This document shows positions 1 through 14,364 of a stretch of 64,000 nucleotides of DNA, one piece after another. A program made the position numbers and the translations under genes. The stretch's first letter is position 1. Every line of letters begins with the position of its first letter. The DNA is from Eledone cirrhosa (Eukaryota), in assembly GCA_964016885.1 (NCBI GenBank), contig OZ024745.1:90954001-91018000 (forward strand). Reading direction: 5' to 3'. The notes under the pieces are model-generated. The model did not search any database. It had not been told where the DNA came from and saw nothing but the letters and a program-made list of their open reading frames with translations.

Positions 1-3000
1 ACATTGCAAGCCCACTAAAAGTGTTTAAAACAACATCGTAGGCCCACTAATAGCGTTTTAAACAACATTGCAAACCCACTGAAAGAATTTTTAAACAACA
101 TTGCAAACACACTGAAAGTGTTTTAAGAAACATTGGAAGCCCACTGAAAGTGTTTTAAACAACATTGCAAGCTCACTAAAAGTATTTTAATCAACATTGT
201 AATCCCACTGAAAGAGTTTTAAACAACATTGTAAGCCCACTGACAAAGTTTTAAACAGAATTGCAAGCTCACTGAAAGAGTTTTAAACAACATTGCAAGC
301 CGACTAAAAGTGTTTTAAATAACATTGCAAGCCCACTGAAAGAGTTTAAACAACATTGCAAGCCCACTTTTAAACAACATTGCAAGCCCACTAAAAGTGT
401 TTTAATTAACATTGCAAGCCCACTGAAAGAGTTTTAAACTACATTGCAAGTCCTCTGAAAGTGTTTTAAACAACATTGCAAGCCCACTAAAAGTGTTTTA
501 AACAACATTGGAAGCCCACTAAAATTGTTTAAAACAACTTTGCAATGCCACTGAAAGAGTTATAAGTAACATTGCAAGCCCACTGAAAGTGTTTTAAACA
601 ACATTGCAAACCGACTGAAAGAGTTTTAAACAACATTGGAAGCCCACTGAAAGAGTTTTAAACAACATTGCAAGCCCACTTTTAAACAACGTTGCAAGAC
701 CTCTGTAAGAATTTTGTACAACATTGCAAGCCCAGTAAAAGTGTTTTAAACAACATTGCAAGCCTACTGAAAGTGTTTTAAACAACATTGCAAGCCCACT
801 AAAACTGTTTTAAACCACATTGTAAGCCCACTGAAAGAGTTTTAAACAACATTGCAATTCGACAAAAACGTGTTTTAAACAACACTGCAAGCCCACTGAA
901 AGTGTTTTAAACAACATTGCAAGCCCACTCAAACTGTTTTAAACCACATTGTTAGCCCACTTAAAGAGTTTTAAACAACATTGCAAGCCCACTGAAAGAG
1001 TTTTAAACAACATTGCAAGCCCACTAAAATTATTTTAATCAACATTGTAAGCCCACTGAAAGAGTTTTAAACAACATTGCAAGCCCACTAAAAGCGTCTT
1101 AAAGAACATTGTAAGCCCACTGAAAGAGTTTTAAACAACATAGCAAGCCCTCTATAAGTGTTTTAAACAATAATGCAAGCCCACTGAAAGTGTTTTAAAC
1201 AAACTTTCAAGCCCAGTGAAAGAGTTTTAAACAACATTGCAAGCCCACTAAAAGAGTTTTAAACAACATTGCAAGCTCACTAAAAGTGTTATAAACAACA
1301 TTGCAAGCCCACTGAAAGAGTTTTAAACAACATTGCAAGCCCACTGAAAGAGTTTGAAACAACATTGCAAACACACTGAAAGAGTTTAAAACAACATTGC
1401 AAGCCCTCTAAAAGTGTTTTAAACAACATTGCAAGCCCACTGAAAGAGTTCTAAACAACATTGCAAGTCCTCTGAAAGTGTTTTAAACAACATTGCAAGC
1501 CCACTAAAAGAGTTTTAAACAACATTGCAACCACAATAAAAGTGTTTTAAACAACATTGGAAGCCCACTGAAAGAGTTTTAAACAACATTGCAAGCCCAC
1601 TAAAAGTGTTTTAAAAAACATTGCAAGGCCACTGAAAGAGTTTTAAACCACATTGCAAGCAAACTGAAAGAGATTTTAAACAACATTGCAAGCCCTCTGA
1701 AAGAGTTTTTGCAAGCCCACTTTTAAACAACATTGCAAGCTCACTGAAAGAGTTTTAAACAACATTGCAAACCCACTGAAATAGTTTTAAACAACATTGG
1801 AAGTCCACTGAAAGTGTTTTAAAAAACATTGCAAGCCCAGTGAAAGAGTTTTAAACAACATTGCAAGCCCACTAAAAGAGTGTTAAACAACATTGTAAGC
1901 TCACTAGAAGTGTTATAAACAACGTTGCAAGCCCACTGAAAGAGTTTAAAACAACATTGCTAACCCTCAAAGAGTTTTAAACAACATTGCAAGCCCAGTT
2001 TTAAACAACATTGCCAGCCCACTGAGAGAGTTTTAAACAACATTGCAAGCCTACTGAAAGTGTTTTAAACAACATTGTAAGCCCACTGAAAGAGGTTAAA
2101 CAACATTGCAAGCCCACTGAAAGAGTTTTAAAAAACATTGCAAGCCCACTGAAAGAGTTTTAAACCACATTGCAAGCCCACTTAAAGAGTTTAAAACAAC
2201 ATTGTAAGCCCACTAAAAGTGTTTAAAACAACATCGTAAGCCCACTAATAGCGTTTTAAACAACATTGCAAACCCACTGAAAGAATTTTTAAACAACATT
2301 GCAAACACACTGAAATTATTTTAAGAAACATTGGAAGCCCACTGAAAGTGTTTTAAACAACATTGCAAGCTCACTAAAAGTATTTTAATCAACATTGTAA
2401 TCCCACTGAAAGAGTTTTAAACAACATTGTAAGCCCACTGACAGAGTTTTAAACAAAATTGCAAGCTCACTGAAAGAGTTTTAAACAACATTGCAAGCCG
2501 ACTAAAAGTGTTTTAAATAACATTGCAAGCCCACTGAAAGAGTTTTAAACAACATTGCAAGTCCTCTGAAAGAGTTTTAAACAACATTGCAAGCCCACTT
2601 TTAAACAACATTGCAAGCCCACTAAAAGTGTTTTAATTAACATTGCAAGCCCACTGAAAGAGTTTTAAACAACATTGCAAGTCCTTTGAAAGTGTTTTAA
2701 ACAACATTGCAAGCCCACTAAAAGTGTTTTAAACAACATTGGAAGCCCACTAAAATTGTTTAAAACAACTTTGCAATGCCACTGAAAGAGTTCTAAGTAA
2801 CATTGCAAGCCCAGTGAAAGTGTTTTAAACAACATTGCAAACCGACTGAAAGAGTTTTAAACAACATTGGAAGCCCACTGAAAGAGTTTTAAACAACATT
2901 GCAAGCCCACTTTTAAACAACGTTGCAAGACCTCTGAAAGAATTTTGTACAACATTGCAAGCCCAGTAAAAGTGTTTTAAACAACATTGCAAGCCTACTG

Positions 3001-4290
3001 AAAGTGTTTTAAACAACATTGCAAGCCCACTAAAACTGTTTTAAACCACATTGTAAGCCCACTGAAAGAGTTTTAAACAACATTGCAATTCGACAAAAAG
3101 TGTTTTAAACAACACTGCAAGCCCACTGAAAGTGTTTTAAACAACATTGCAAGCCCACTAAAACTGTTTTAAACCACATTGTTAGCCCACTGAAAGAGTT
3201 TTAAACAACATTGCAAGCCCACTGAAAGAGTTTTAAACAACATTGCAAGCCCACTAAAATTATTTTAATCAACATTGTAAGCGCACTGAAAGAGTTTTAA
3301 ACAACATTGCAAGCCCACTAAAAGCGTCTTAAAGAACATTGTAAGCCCACTGAAAGAGTTTTAAACAACATAGCAAGTCCTCTATAAGTGTTTTAAACAA
3401 TAATGCAAGCCCACTGAAAGTGTTTTAAACAAAATTTCAAGCCCAGTGAAAGAGTTTTATACAACATTGCAAGCCCACTAAAAGAGTTTTAAACAACATT
3501 GCAAGCTCACTAAAAGTGTTATAAACAACATTGCAAGCCCACTGAAAGAGTTTGAAACAACATTGCAAACACACTGAAAGAGTTTAAAACAACATTGCAA
3601 GCCCACTAAAAGTGTTTTAAACAACATTGCAAGCCCGCTGAAAGAGTTCTAAACAACATTGCAAGTCCTCTGAAAGTGTTTTAAACAACATTGCAAGCCC
3701 ACTAAAAGAGTTTTAAACAACATTGCAACCCCAATAATAGTGTTTTAAACAACATTGGAAGCCCACTGAAAGAGTTTTAAACAACATTGCAAGCCCACTA
3801 AAAGTGTTTTAAAAAACATTGCAAGCCCACTGAAAGAGTTTTAAACCACATTGCAAGCCAACTGAAAGAGATTTTAAACAACATTGCAAGCCCTCTGAAA
3901 GAGTTTTTGCAAGCCCACGTTTAAACAACATTGCAAGCTCACTGAAAGAATTTTAAACAACATTGCAAACCCACTGAAATAGTTTTAAACAACATTGGAA
4001 GTCCACTGAAAGTGTTTTAAACAACATTGCAAGCCCACTAAAAGAGTTTTAAACAACATTGTAAGCTCACTAGAAGTGTTATAAACAACGTTGCAAGCCC
4101 ACTGAAAGAGTTTAAAACAACATTGCTAACCCTCAAAGAGTTTTAAACAACATTGCAAGCCCAGTTTTAAACAACATTGCAAGGCCAATAAAAGTGTTTT
4201 AAACAACATTGCAAGCCCACTGAGAGAGTTTTAAACAACATTGCAAGCCTACTGAAAGTGTTTTAAACAACATTGTAAGCCCACTGAAAG
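1..4290 (+). repeat. ~2.2-kb higher-order repeat, about two diverged copies
   Basis: Marker ACATCGTA.GCCCACTAATAGCG occurs at ~33 and ~2231. ORFs 594 and 2825 are 2231 bp apart. Shared rare variants include GCAATTCGAC, GCGTCTTAAAG, TCTATAAG and GCTAACCCTCAAAG. Confidence 0.85.
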
Positions 4291-7200
4291 TGTTTTAAAC
4301 AAAATTTCAAGCCCAGTGAAAGAGTTTTATACAACATTGCAAGCCCACTAAAAGAGTTTTAAACAACATTGCAAGCTCACTAAAAGTGTTATAAACAACA
4401 TTGCAAGTCCACTGAAAGAGTTTTAAACAACATTGCAAGCCCACTGAAAGAGTTTGAAACAACATTGCAAACACACTGAAAGAGTTTAAAACAACATTGC
4501 AAGCCCTCTAAAAGTGTTTTAAACAACATTGCAAGCCCGCTGAAAGAGTTTTAACCAACATTGCAAGCCCACTGAAAGAGTTTTAAAAAACATTGCAAGC
4601 CCACTTAAAGACTTTTAAACAATATTGCAAGACCACTAAAAGAGTTTTAAATAACATTGGAAGCCCACTAAAAGAGTTTTAAACAACATTGCAATCCCAC
4701 TAAAAGTGTTTTAAACAACATTGCAAGCCCACTGAAAGAGTTCTAAACAACATTGCAAGTCCTCTGAAAGTGTATTAAACAACATTGCAAGCCCACTAAA
4801 AGAGTTTTAAACAACATTGCAACCCCAATAAAAGTGTTTTAAACAACATTGGAAGCCCACTGAAAGAGTTTTAAACAACATTGCAAGCCCACTAAAAGTG
4901 TTTTAAAAAACATTGCAAGCCCACTGAAAGAGTTTTAAACCACATTGCAAGCCAACTGAAAGAGATTTTAAACAACATTGCAAGCCCTCTGAAAGAGTTT
5001 TTGCAAGCCCACGTTTAAACAACATTGCAAGCTCACTGAAAGAGTTTTAAACAACATTGCAAACCCACTGAAATAGTTTTAAACAACATTGGAAGTCCAC
5101 TGAAAGTGTTTTAAACAACATTGCAAGCCCACTAAAAGAGTTTTAAACAACATTGTAAGCTCACTAGAAGTGTTATAAACAACGTTGCAAGCCCACTGAA
5201 AGAGTTTAAAACAACATTGCTAACCCTCAAAGAGTTTTAAACAACATTGCAAGCCCAGTTTTAAACAACATTGCAAGGCCAATAAAAGTGTTTTAAACAA
5301 CATTGCAAGCCCACTGAGAGAGTTTTAAACAACATTGCAAGCCTACTGAAAGTGTTTTAAACAACATTGTAAGCCCACTGAAAGAGGTTAAACAACATTG
5401 CAAGTCCACTGAAAGAGTTTTAAAAAACATTGCAAGCCCACTGAAAGAGTTTTAAACAACATTGCAAGCCCACTAAAAGTGTTTAAAACAACATCGTAAG
5501 CCCACTAATAGCGTTTTAAACAACATTGCAAACCCACTGAAAGAATTTTTAAACAACATTGCAAACACACTGAAAGTGTTTTAAGAAACAATGGAAGCCC
5601 ACTGAAAGTGTTTTAAACAACATTGCAAGCTCACTAAAAGTATTTTAATCAACATTGTAATCCCACTGAAAGAGTTTTAAACAACATTGTAAGCCCACTG
5701 ACAGAGTTTTAAACAAAATTGCAAGCACACTGAAAGAGTTTTAAACAACATTGCAAGCCGACTAAAAGTGTTTTAAATAACATTGCAAGCCCACTGAAAG
5801 AGTTTTAAACAACATTGCAAGTCCTCTGAAAGAGTTTTAAACAACATTGCAAGCCCACTTTTAAACAACATTGCAAGCCCACTAAAAGTGTTTTAATTAA
5901 CATTGCAAGCCCACTGAAAGAGTTTTAAACAACATTGCAAGTCCTCTGAAAGTGTTTTAAACAACATTGCAAGCCCATTAATAGTGTTTTAAAAAACATT
6001 GGAAGCCCACTAAAATTGTTTAAAACAACTTTGCAATGCCACTGAAAGAGTTCTAAGAAACATTGCAAGCCCACTGAAAGTGTTTTAAACAGCATTGCAA
6101 ACCGACTGAAAGAGTTTTAAACAACATTGGAAGCCCACTGAAAGAGTTTTAAACAACATTGCAAGCCCACTAAAAGTGTTTTAAACAACATTGCATTGCA
6201 AGTCAACTAAAAGTGTTTTGAACAACATTGGAAACCCATTAAAAGTGTATTAAACAACATTGCAAGCCCACTGAAAGAGTTTAAACAACATTGTAAGCCC
6301 ACAAAAGGTGTTTTAAACAGCATTGCAAGCCCACTGAAAGAGTTTTGTACAACATTGTAAGCCCACAAAAAGTGTTTTAAACAACATTGCAAGCCCACTG
6401 GAAGAGTTTTAAACAACATAGTAAGCCCACTGAATGAGTTTTAAACAACATTGTAAGCCCACTGAAAGAGTTCTAAACAACATGGCGAGCCGACTGAAAG
6501 AGTTTTAAACAACATTGCAAGCCCACTAAAGGTATTTAAACAGCATTGCATTGCAAGCAAACTGAAAGAGTTTTAAACAACATTGGAAGCCAACTAAGAG
6601 TGTTTTAAACAACAGTGCAAGCCCACTGCAAGTGTTTTAAACAACATTGCAAGCCCACTGAAAGACTTTTAAACAACATTGCAAGTCCACTAAAAGTGTT
6701 TTAAACAACATTGTAAGCCCACTGACAGAGTTTTAAACAACATTGGAAACCCACTGAAAGAGTTTTAAACAACATTGAAAGCCCACTAAAAGAGTTTTAA
6801 AAAACATTGCAAACCCACTGAAAGAGTTCTAAACAACATTGGAAGCACACTGAAAGAGTTTTAAACAACATTGCAAGCCCACTTTTAAACAACGTTGCAA
6901 GCCCACTGAAAGTGTTTCAAAAAACATTCCAAGCCCACTGAAAGTGTTATAAATAACATTGCAAGCCCACTGAAGGTGTTTCAAACAACAATGCAAGCCC
7001 ACTAAAAGTGTTTTAAACAACATTGCATTGCAAGTCCACTAAAAGTGTTTTAAACAACATTGGACGCCCATTAAAAGTGTATTAAACAACATTGCAAGCC
7101 CACTGAAAGAGTTTTAAACAAGATTGCAAGCCCACTGAAATAGTTTTAAAAAACATTGCAAGCCCACTGGAAGAGTTTTAAACAACATTGCAAGCGCACT

Positions 7201-10200
7201 AAAAGTGTTTTAAACAACATTGTAAGCCCACAAAAAGTGTTTTAAACAGCATTGCAAGCCCTCTGAAAGAGTTTTGTACAACATTGTAAGCCCACAAAAA
7301 GTGTTTTACACAACATTGTAAGCCCACTGAAAGAGTTTTAAACAACATACCAAGCCCACTGAAAGTGTTTTAAACAAGATTGCAAGCCCACTGAAAGAGT
7401 TTTAAACAGCATTGCAACCCCACTGAAAGGGTTTTAAAGAACATTGCAAGCCCACAGAGAGAGTTTTAAACAACATTGCAAGCCCACTAAAAGTGTTTTA
7501 AGCAACATTGCATTGCAAGCCCTCTGAAAGAGTTTTAAACAACATTGCAAACACACTGAAAGACCTTTAAACAACATTGCAAGTCCACTAAAAGTGTTTT
7601 AAACAACATTGCAAGCCCACTAAAAGTGTTTTAAACAACATTGTAAGCCCACTGACAGAGTTTTAAACAACATTGCAAACCCACTGAAAGAGTTTTAAAC
7701 AACATTGAAAGCCCACTAAAAGAGTTTTAAACAACGTAGCAAACCCACTGAAAGAGTTCTAAACAAGATTGGAAGCACACTGAAAGAGTTTTAAACAACA
7801 TTGCAAGCCCACTTTTAAACAACATTGCAAGCCCACTGAAAGAGTTTTAAACAACATTGCAAGCCCACTAAAAGCGTTTTAAACAACATTGGAAGTCGAC
7901 TAAAAGTGTTTTAAACAACATTGCAAGCCCTCTGAAAGAATTTTAAACAACATTGCAAGCCCACTAAAAGTATGTTAAAAAACATTGCAAGCCCACTGAA
8001 AGTATTTTAAACAGCATTGCAAGCCCACTGAAAGAGTTTTAAACAACATTGGAAGCCCACTGAAAGAGTTTTAAACAACATTGGAAGCCCACTGAAAGAG
8101 TTTTAAACATCATTGCAAGCCCACTAAGAGTGTTTTAAACAACATTGCAAGCCCACTGAATGAGTTTTAAACAACATTGCAAGCCCACTGAAAGTCTTTT
8201 AAACAACATTGCAAGCCCTCTAAAAGTGTTTTAAAAGACATTGCAAGCCCGCTAAAAGTGTTTTAAACAGCATTGTAAGCCCACTGACAGAGTTTTAAAT
8301 AAAATTGCAAGCTCATTGAAAGAGTTTTAAACAACATTTCAAGCCCACTAAAAGTGTTTTAAACAACATTGCAAGCCCTCTAAAATGTTTTAAACAACAT
8401 TGCAAGCCCACTGAGTGTGTTTTAAACAACATTGCAAGCCCTCTGAAATGTATTAAACAACATTGCAAGCCCACTGAGAGTGTTTTAAACAACATTGCAA
8501 GCCCACTAAAAGAGTTTTAAACAACATTGGAAGCCCACTGAAAGACTTTTAAACAACATTGCAAGCCCACTGAAAGAGTTTTAAACAACATTGCAAGTCC
8601 TCTGAAAGAGTTTTAAACAACATTGCAAGCCCACTTTTAAACAACATTGCAAGCCCACTGAAAGACCTTTAAACAACATTGCGAGCCCACTAAAAGTGTT
8701 TTAAACAACATTGTAAGCCCACTGACAGAGTTTTAAACAAAATTGTAAGCTCACTGAAAGAGTTTTAAACAACATTGAAAGCCCACTAAAAGAGTTTTAA
8801 ACAACGTTGCAAACCCACTGAAAGAGTTCTAAACAAGATTGGAAGCACACTGAAAGAGTTTTAAACAACATTGCAAGCCCACTTTTAAACAACATTGCAA
8901 GCCTACTGAAAGAGTTTTAAACAACATTGCAAGCCCACTAAAAGCGTTTTAAACAACATTGGAAGTCCACTAAAAGTGTTTTAAACAACATTGCAAGCCC
9001 ACTGAAAGAATTTTAAACAACATTGCAAGCCCACTAAAAGTGTGTTAAAAAACATTGCAAGCCCACTGAAAGTGTTTTAAACAGCATTGCAAGCCCACTG
9101 AAAGAGTTTTAAACAACATTGGAAGCCCACTGAAAGAGTTTTAAACAACATTGGAAGCCCACTGAAAGAGTTTTAAACATCATTGCAAGCCCACTAAGAG
9201 TGTTTTAAACAACACTGCAAGCCCACTGAATGAGTTTTAAACAACATTGCAAGCCCACTGAAAGTCTTTTAAACAACATTGCAAGCCCTCTAAAAGTGTT
9301 TTAAAAAACATTGCAAGCCCACTAAAACTGTTTTAAACAGCATTGTAAGCCCACTGACAGAGTTTTAAATAAAATTGCAAGCTCATTGAAAGAGTTTTAA
9401 ACAACATTTCAAGCCCACTAAAAGTGTTTTAAACAACATTGCAAGCCCTCTAAAATGTTTTAAACAACATTGCAAGCCCACTGAGAGTGTTTTAAACAAC
9501 ATTGCAAGCCCTCTAAAATGTTTTAAACAACATTGCAAGCCCACTGAGAGTGTTTTAAACAACATTGGAAGCCCACTGAAAGACTTTTAAACAACATTGC
9601 AAGCCCACTGAAAGAGTTTTAAACAACATTGCAAGTCCTCTGAAAGAGTTTTAAACAACATTGCAAGCCCACTTTTAAACAACATTGCAAGCCCACTGAA
9701 AGACCTTTAAACAACATTGCGAGCCCACTAAAAGTGTTTTAAACAACATTGTAAGCCCACTGACAGAGTTTTAAACAAAATTGCAAGCTCACTGAAAGAG
9801 TTTTAAACAACATGGCAAGCCCACTAAAAGTGTTTTAAACGACATTACTAGCCCTCTGAAAGAGTTTTAAACAACATTGCAAGCTCTCTGAAAGAGTTTT
9901 AAACAACATTGCAAGCCCATTGAAAGAGTTTTATACAACATTGCAAGCCCACTTTTAAACAACATTGCAAGCCCACTGAAAGAGTTTTAAACAACATTGC
10001 AAGCCCACTAAAAGTGTTTTAAACAACATTGGAAGTCCACTAAAAGTGTTTTAAACAACATTGCAAGCCCACTGAAATAATTTTAAACAACATTGCAAGC
10101 CCAATAAAAGTGTTTTAGGAAACACTGCAAGCCCACTGAAAGTGTTTTAAACAGCATTGCAAGCCCACTGAAAGAGTTTTAAACAACATTGGAAGCCCAC

Positions 10201-13200
10201 TGAAAGAGTTTTAAACAACATTGGAAGCCCACTGAAAGAGTTTTAAACAACATTGCAAGCCCACTAAAAGTGTTTTAAACAACATTGCAAGCCCTCTCAA
10301 AGACTTTTAAACAACATTGCAAGCCCACTAAAAGTGTTTTAAACAACATTGTAAGCCCACTAACAGAGTTTTAAACAAAATTGCAAGCTCATTGAAAGAG
10401 TTTTAAACAACATTGCAAGCTCACTAAAAGTGTTTTAAACAACATTGCAAGCCCTCTAAAATGTTTTAAACAACATTGCAAGCCCACTGAGAGTGTTTTA
10501 AACAACATTGGAAGCCCACTGAAAGAATTTTAAACAACATTGCAAGCGCACTAAAAGAGTTTTAAACAATATTGGAAGCCCACTGAAAGAGTTTTAAACA
10601 ACAACATTGCAAGTCCTCTGAAAGAGTTTTAAACAACATTGCAAGCCCACTTTTAAACAACATTGCAAGCCCACTGAAGGAGTTTTAAACAACATTGCAA
10701 GCCCACTAAAAGTGTTTTAAACAACATTGGAAGTCCACTGAAAGAATTTTAAACAACATTGCAAGCCCACTGAAAGAGTTTTAAACAACATTGCAAGCCC
10801 ACTGAAAGTGCTTTAAACAACATTGCAAGCCCACGAAAAGTGTTTTAAACAACATTGTAAGCCCACTGAAAGAGTTTTAAACAAGATTGCAACCCTACTG
10901 AAAGAGTTTTAAAGAACATTACAAGCCCACTGAAAGAGTTTTAAACAACATTGCAAGCCCTCTAAAAGTGTTTTAAACAACATTGCAAGCTCACTGAAAG
11001 TGTTTTAAACAGCATTGCAAGCCTACTGAAAGAGTTTTAAACAACATTGCAAGCCCACTGAAAGAGTTTTCAACAACATTGGAAACCCACTGAATGAATT
11101 TTAAACAACATTGCAAGCCCACTAAAAGTTTTTTTAAGTAACATTGCAAGCCCTCTAAAAATGTTTTAAACAACATTGTAAGCCCACTGAAAGAGTTTTA
11201 AACAAGATTGCAACCCTACTGAAAGAGTTTTAAAGAACATTACAAGCCCACTGAAAGAGTTTTAAACAACATTGCAAGCCCTCTAGAAGTGTTTTAAACA
11301 ACATTGCAAGCTCACTGACAGTGTTTTAAACAGCATTGCAAGCCCACTGAAAGAGTTTTAAGCAACATTGGAAGCCCACTGAAAGAGTTTTAAACAACAT
11401 TGGAATCAAACTGAAAGAGTTTTAACAACATTGCAAGCCCACTAAAAGAGTTTTGAACAGCATTATAAGCCCACTGACAGAGTTTTAAACAAAATTGCAA
11501 GCTCATTGAAAGAGTTTTAAACAACATTGCAAGCTCACTAAAAGTATTTTAAACAACATTGCAAGCCCACTGAGAGTGTTTTAAACAACATTGCAAGCCC
11601 ACTAAAAGAGTTTTAAACAACATTGGAAGCCGACTGAAAGACTTTTAAACAATATTGCAAGCCCACTGAAAGAGTTTTAAACAACATTGCAAGTCCTCTG
11701 AAAGAGTTTTAAACAACATTGCAAGCCCACTTTTAAACAACATTGCAAGCCCACTGAATGAGTTTTAAACAACATTGCAAGCCCACTAAAAGTGTTTTAA
11801 ACAACATTGTAAGCCCACTGAAAGAGTTTTAAACCAAATTGCAAGCCCACTGAAAGTGTTTTAAACAACATTGTAGTGCACTAAAAGAGTTTTAAACTAC
11901 ATTGCAAGGCCAATAAAAGTGTTTTAAACAACATTGCAAGCCCACTGAAAGACTTTTAAACAACATTGCAAGTCCACTAAAAGTGTTTTAAACAACATTG
12001 CAAGCCCCCTGAAAGAGTTTTAAACAATATTGCAAGCCCACTAAAAGAGTTTTAAACAACATTGGAAGCCCACTAAAAGAGTTTTAAACAATATTTCAAG
12101 CCCACTAAAAGTGTTTTAAACAACATTGCAAGGCCACTGAAAGAGTTCTAAACAACATTGGAAGCCCACTGAAAGGGTTTTAAACAACATCGCAAGCCCA
12201 CTAAAAGTGTTTTAAACAGCATTGGAAGCCCACTAAAAGTGTTTTAAACAACATTGGAAGCCCACTAAAAGAGTTTTAAACAACATTGCAAGCCCACTGA
12301 AAGAGTTCTAAACAACATTGCAAGCCCACTGAAAGAGTTTTAAACAACATTGCAAACCCTCTGAAAGAGCTTTTGCAAGCCCACTTTTAAACAACATTGC
12401 AAGCCCACTAAAACTGTTTTAAACAACATTGTAAGCCCACTGAAAGAGGTTAAACAACATTACAAGCCCACTAAAAGTGTTTTAAACAACATTGTAAGCC
12501 CACTGACAGAGTTTTCAACAAAATTACAAGCTCACTAAAAGTGTTTCAAGCAACATTGCAAGCCCACTGAAAGAGTTTTAAAAAACATTGCAAGCCCACT
12601 GAAAGAGTTTTAAACCACATTGCAAGCCCACTGAAAGAGTTTTAAACAACACTGCAAGCCCACTAAAAGAGTTTTAAACAACATTGCAAGGCCAATAAAA
12701 GTGTTTTAAACAACATTGCAAGCCCACTGAGAGAGTTTTAAACAACATTGCAAGCCTACTGAAAGTGTTTTAAACAACATTGTAAGCCCACTGAAAGAGG
12801 TTAAACAACATTGCAAGCCCACTAAAAGTATTTTAACCAACATTGTAAGCCTACTGACAGAGTTTTAAGCAACATTGCAAGGCCAATAAAAGTGTTTCAA
12901 ACAACATTGCAAGCCCACTGAAAGAGTTTTAAACAACATTGCAAGCCCACTAAAAGTGTTTAAAACAACATCGTAAGCCCACTAATAGCGTTTTAAACAA
13001 CATTGCAAACCCACTGAAAGAATTTTTAAACAACATCGCAAACACACTGAAAGTGTTTTAAGAAACATTGGAAGCCGACTGAAAGTGTTTTAAACAACAT
13101 TGCAAGCTCACTAAAAGTATTTTAATCAACCTTGTAATCACACTGAAAGAGTTTTAAACAACATTGTAAGGCCACTGACAGAGTTTTAAACAAAATTGCA

Positions 13201-14364
13201 AGCTCACTGAAAGAGTTTTAAACAACATTGCAAGCCGACTAAAAGTGTTTTAAATAACATTGCAAGCCCACTGAAAGAGTTTTAAAATCATTGCAAGCCC
13301 ACTGAAAGAGTTTTAAACCACATTGCAAGCCCACTTAAAGAGTTTAAAACAACATTGTAAGCCCACTAAAACTGTTTTAAACAACATTGCAAGCCCACTA
13401 AAAGTGTTTAAAACAACTTCGTAAGCCCACTAATAGCGTTTTAAACAACATTGCAAACCCACTGAAAGAATTTTTAAACAACATTGCAAACACACTGAAA
13501 GTGTTTTAAGAAACATTGGAAGCCGACTGAAAGTGTTTTAAACAACATTGCAAGCTCACTAAAAGTATTTTAATCAACATTGTAATCCCACTGAAAGAGT
13601 TTTAAACAACATTGTAAGCCCACTGACAAAGTTTTAAACAAAATTGCAAGCTCACTGAAAGAGTTTTAAACAACATTGCAAGCCGACTAAAAGTGTTTTA
13701 AATAACATTGCAAGCCCACTGAAAGAGTTTTAAACAACATTGCAAGCCCACTTTTAAACAACATTGCAAGCCCACTAAAAGTGTTTTAATTAACATTGCA
13801 AGCCCACTGAAAGAGTTTTAAACAACATTGCAAGTCCTCTGAAAGTGTTTTAAACAACATTGCAAGCCCACTGAAAGTGTTTTAAACAACATTGGAAGCC
13901 CACTAATATTGTTTAAAACAACTTTGCAATGCCACTGAAAGAGTTACAAGTAACATTGCAAGCCCACTGAAAGTGTTTTAAACAACATTGCAAACCGACT
14001 GAAAGAGTTTTAAACAACATTGGAAGCCCACTGAAAGAGTTTTAAACAACATTGCAAGCCCACTTTTAAACAACGTTGCAAGATCTCTGTAAGAATTTTG
14101 TACAACATTGCAAGCCCAGTAAAAGTGTTTTAAACAACATTGCAAGCCTACTGAAAGTGTTTTAAACAACATTGCAAGCCCACTAAACTGTTTTAAACCA
14201 CATTGTAAGCCCACTGAAAGAGTTTTAAACAACAATGCAATTCGACAAAAAGTGTTTTAAACAACACTGCAAGCCCACTGAAAGAGTTTTAAACAACATT
14301 GCAAGCCCACTAAAAGCGTCTTAAAGAACATTGTAAGCCCACTGAAAGAGTTTTAAACAACATA
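295..14364 (+). repeat. Macro-duplication copy 1 (~14.07 kb)
   Basis: Identical or near-identical ORF translations recur at offsets 14070 (594/14664, 2825/16895), 12976 (6207/19183, 6829/19805, 8313/21289, 9383/22359) and 13008 (10991/23999, 13978/26986). Rare variants are collinear. Confidence 0.95.
7630..9780 (+). repeat. 1070-bp tandem duplication (also present in macro-copy 2 at ~20600-22790)
   Basis: AAACAAGATTGGAAGCACAC occurs at 7761 and 8831. ORF pairs 8313/9383 and 21289/22359 are each 1070 bp apart. Confidence 0.9.
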
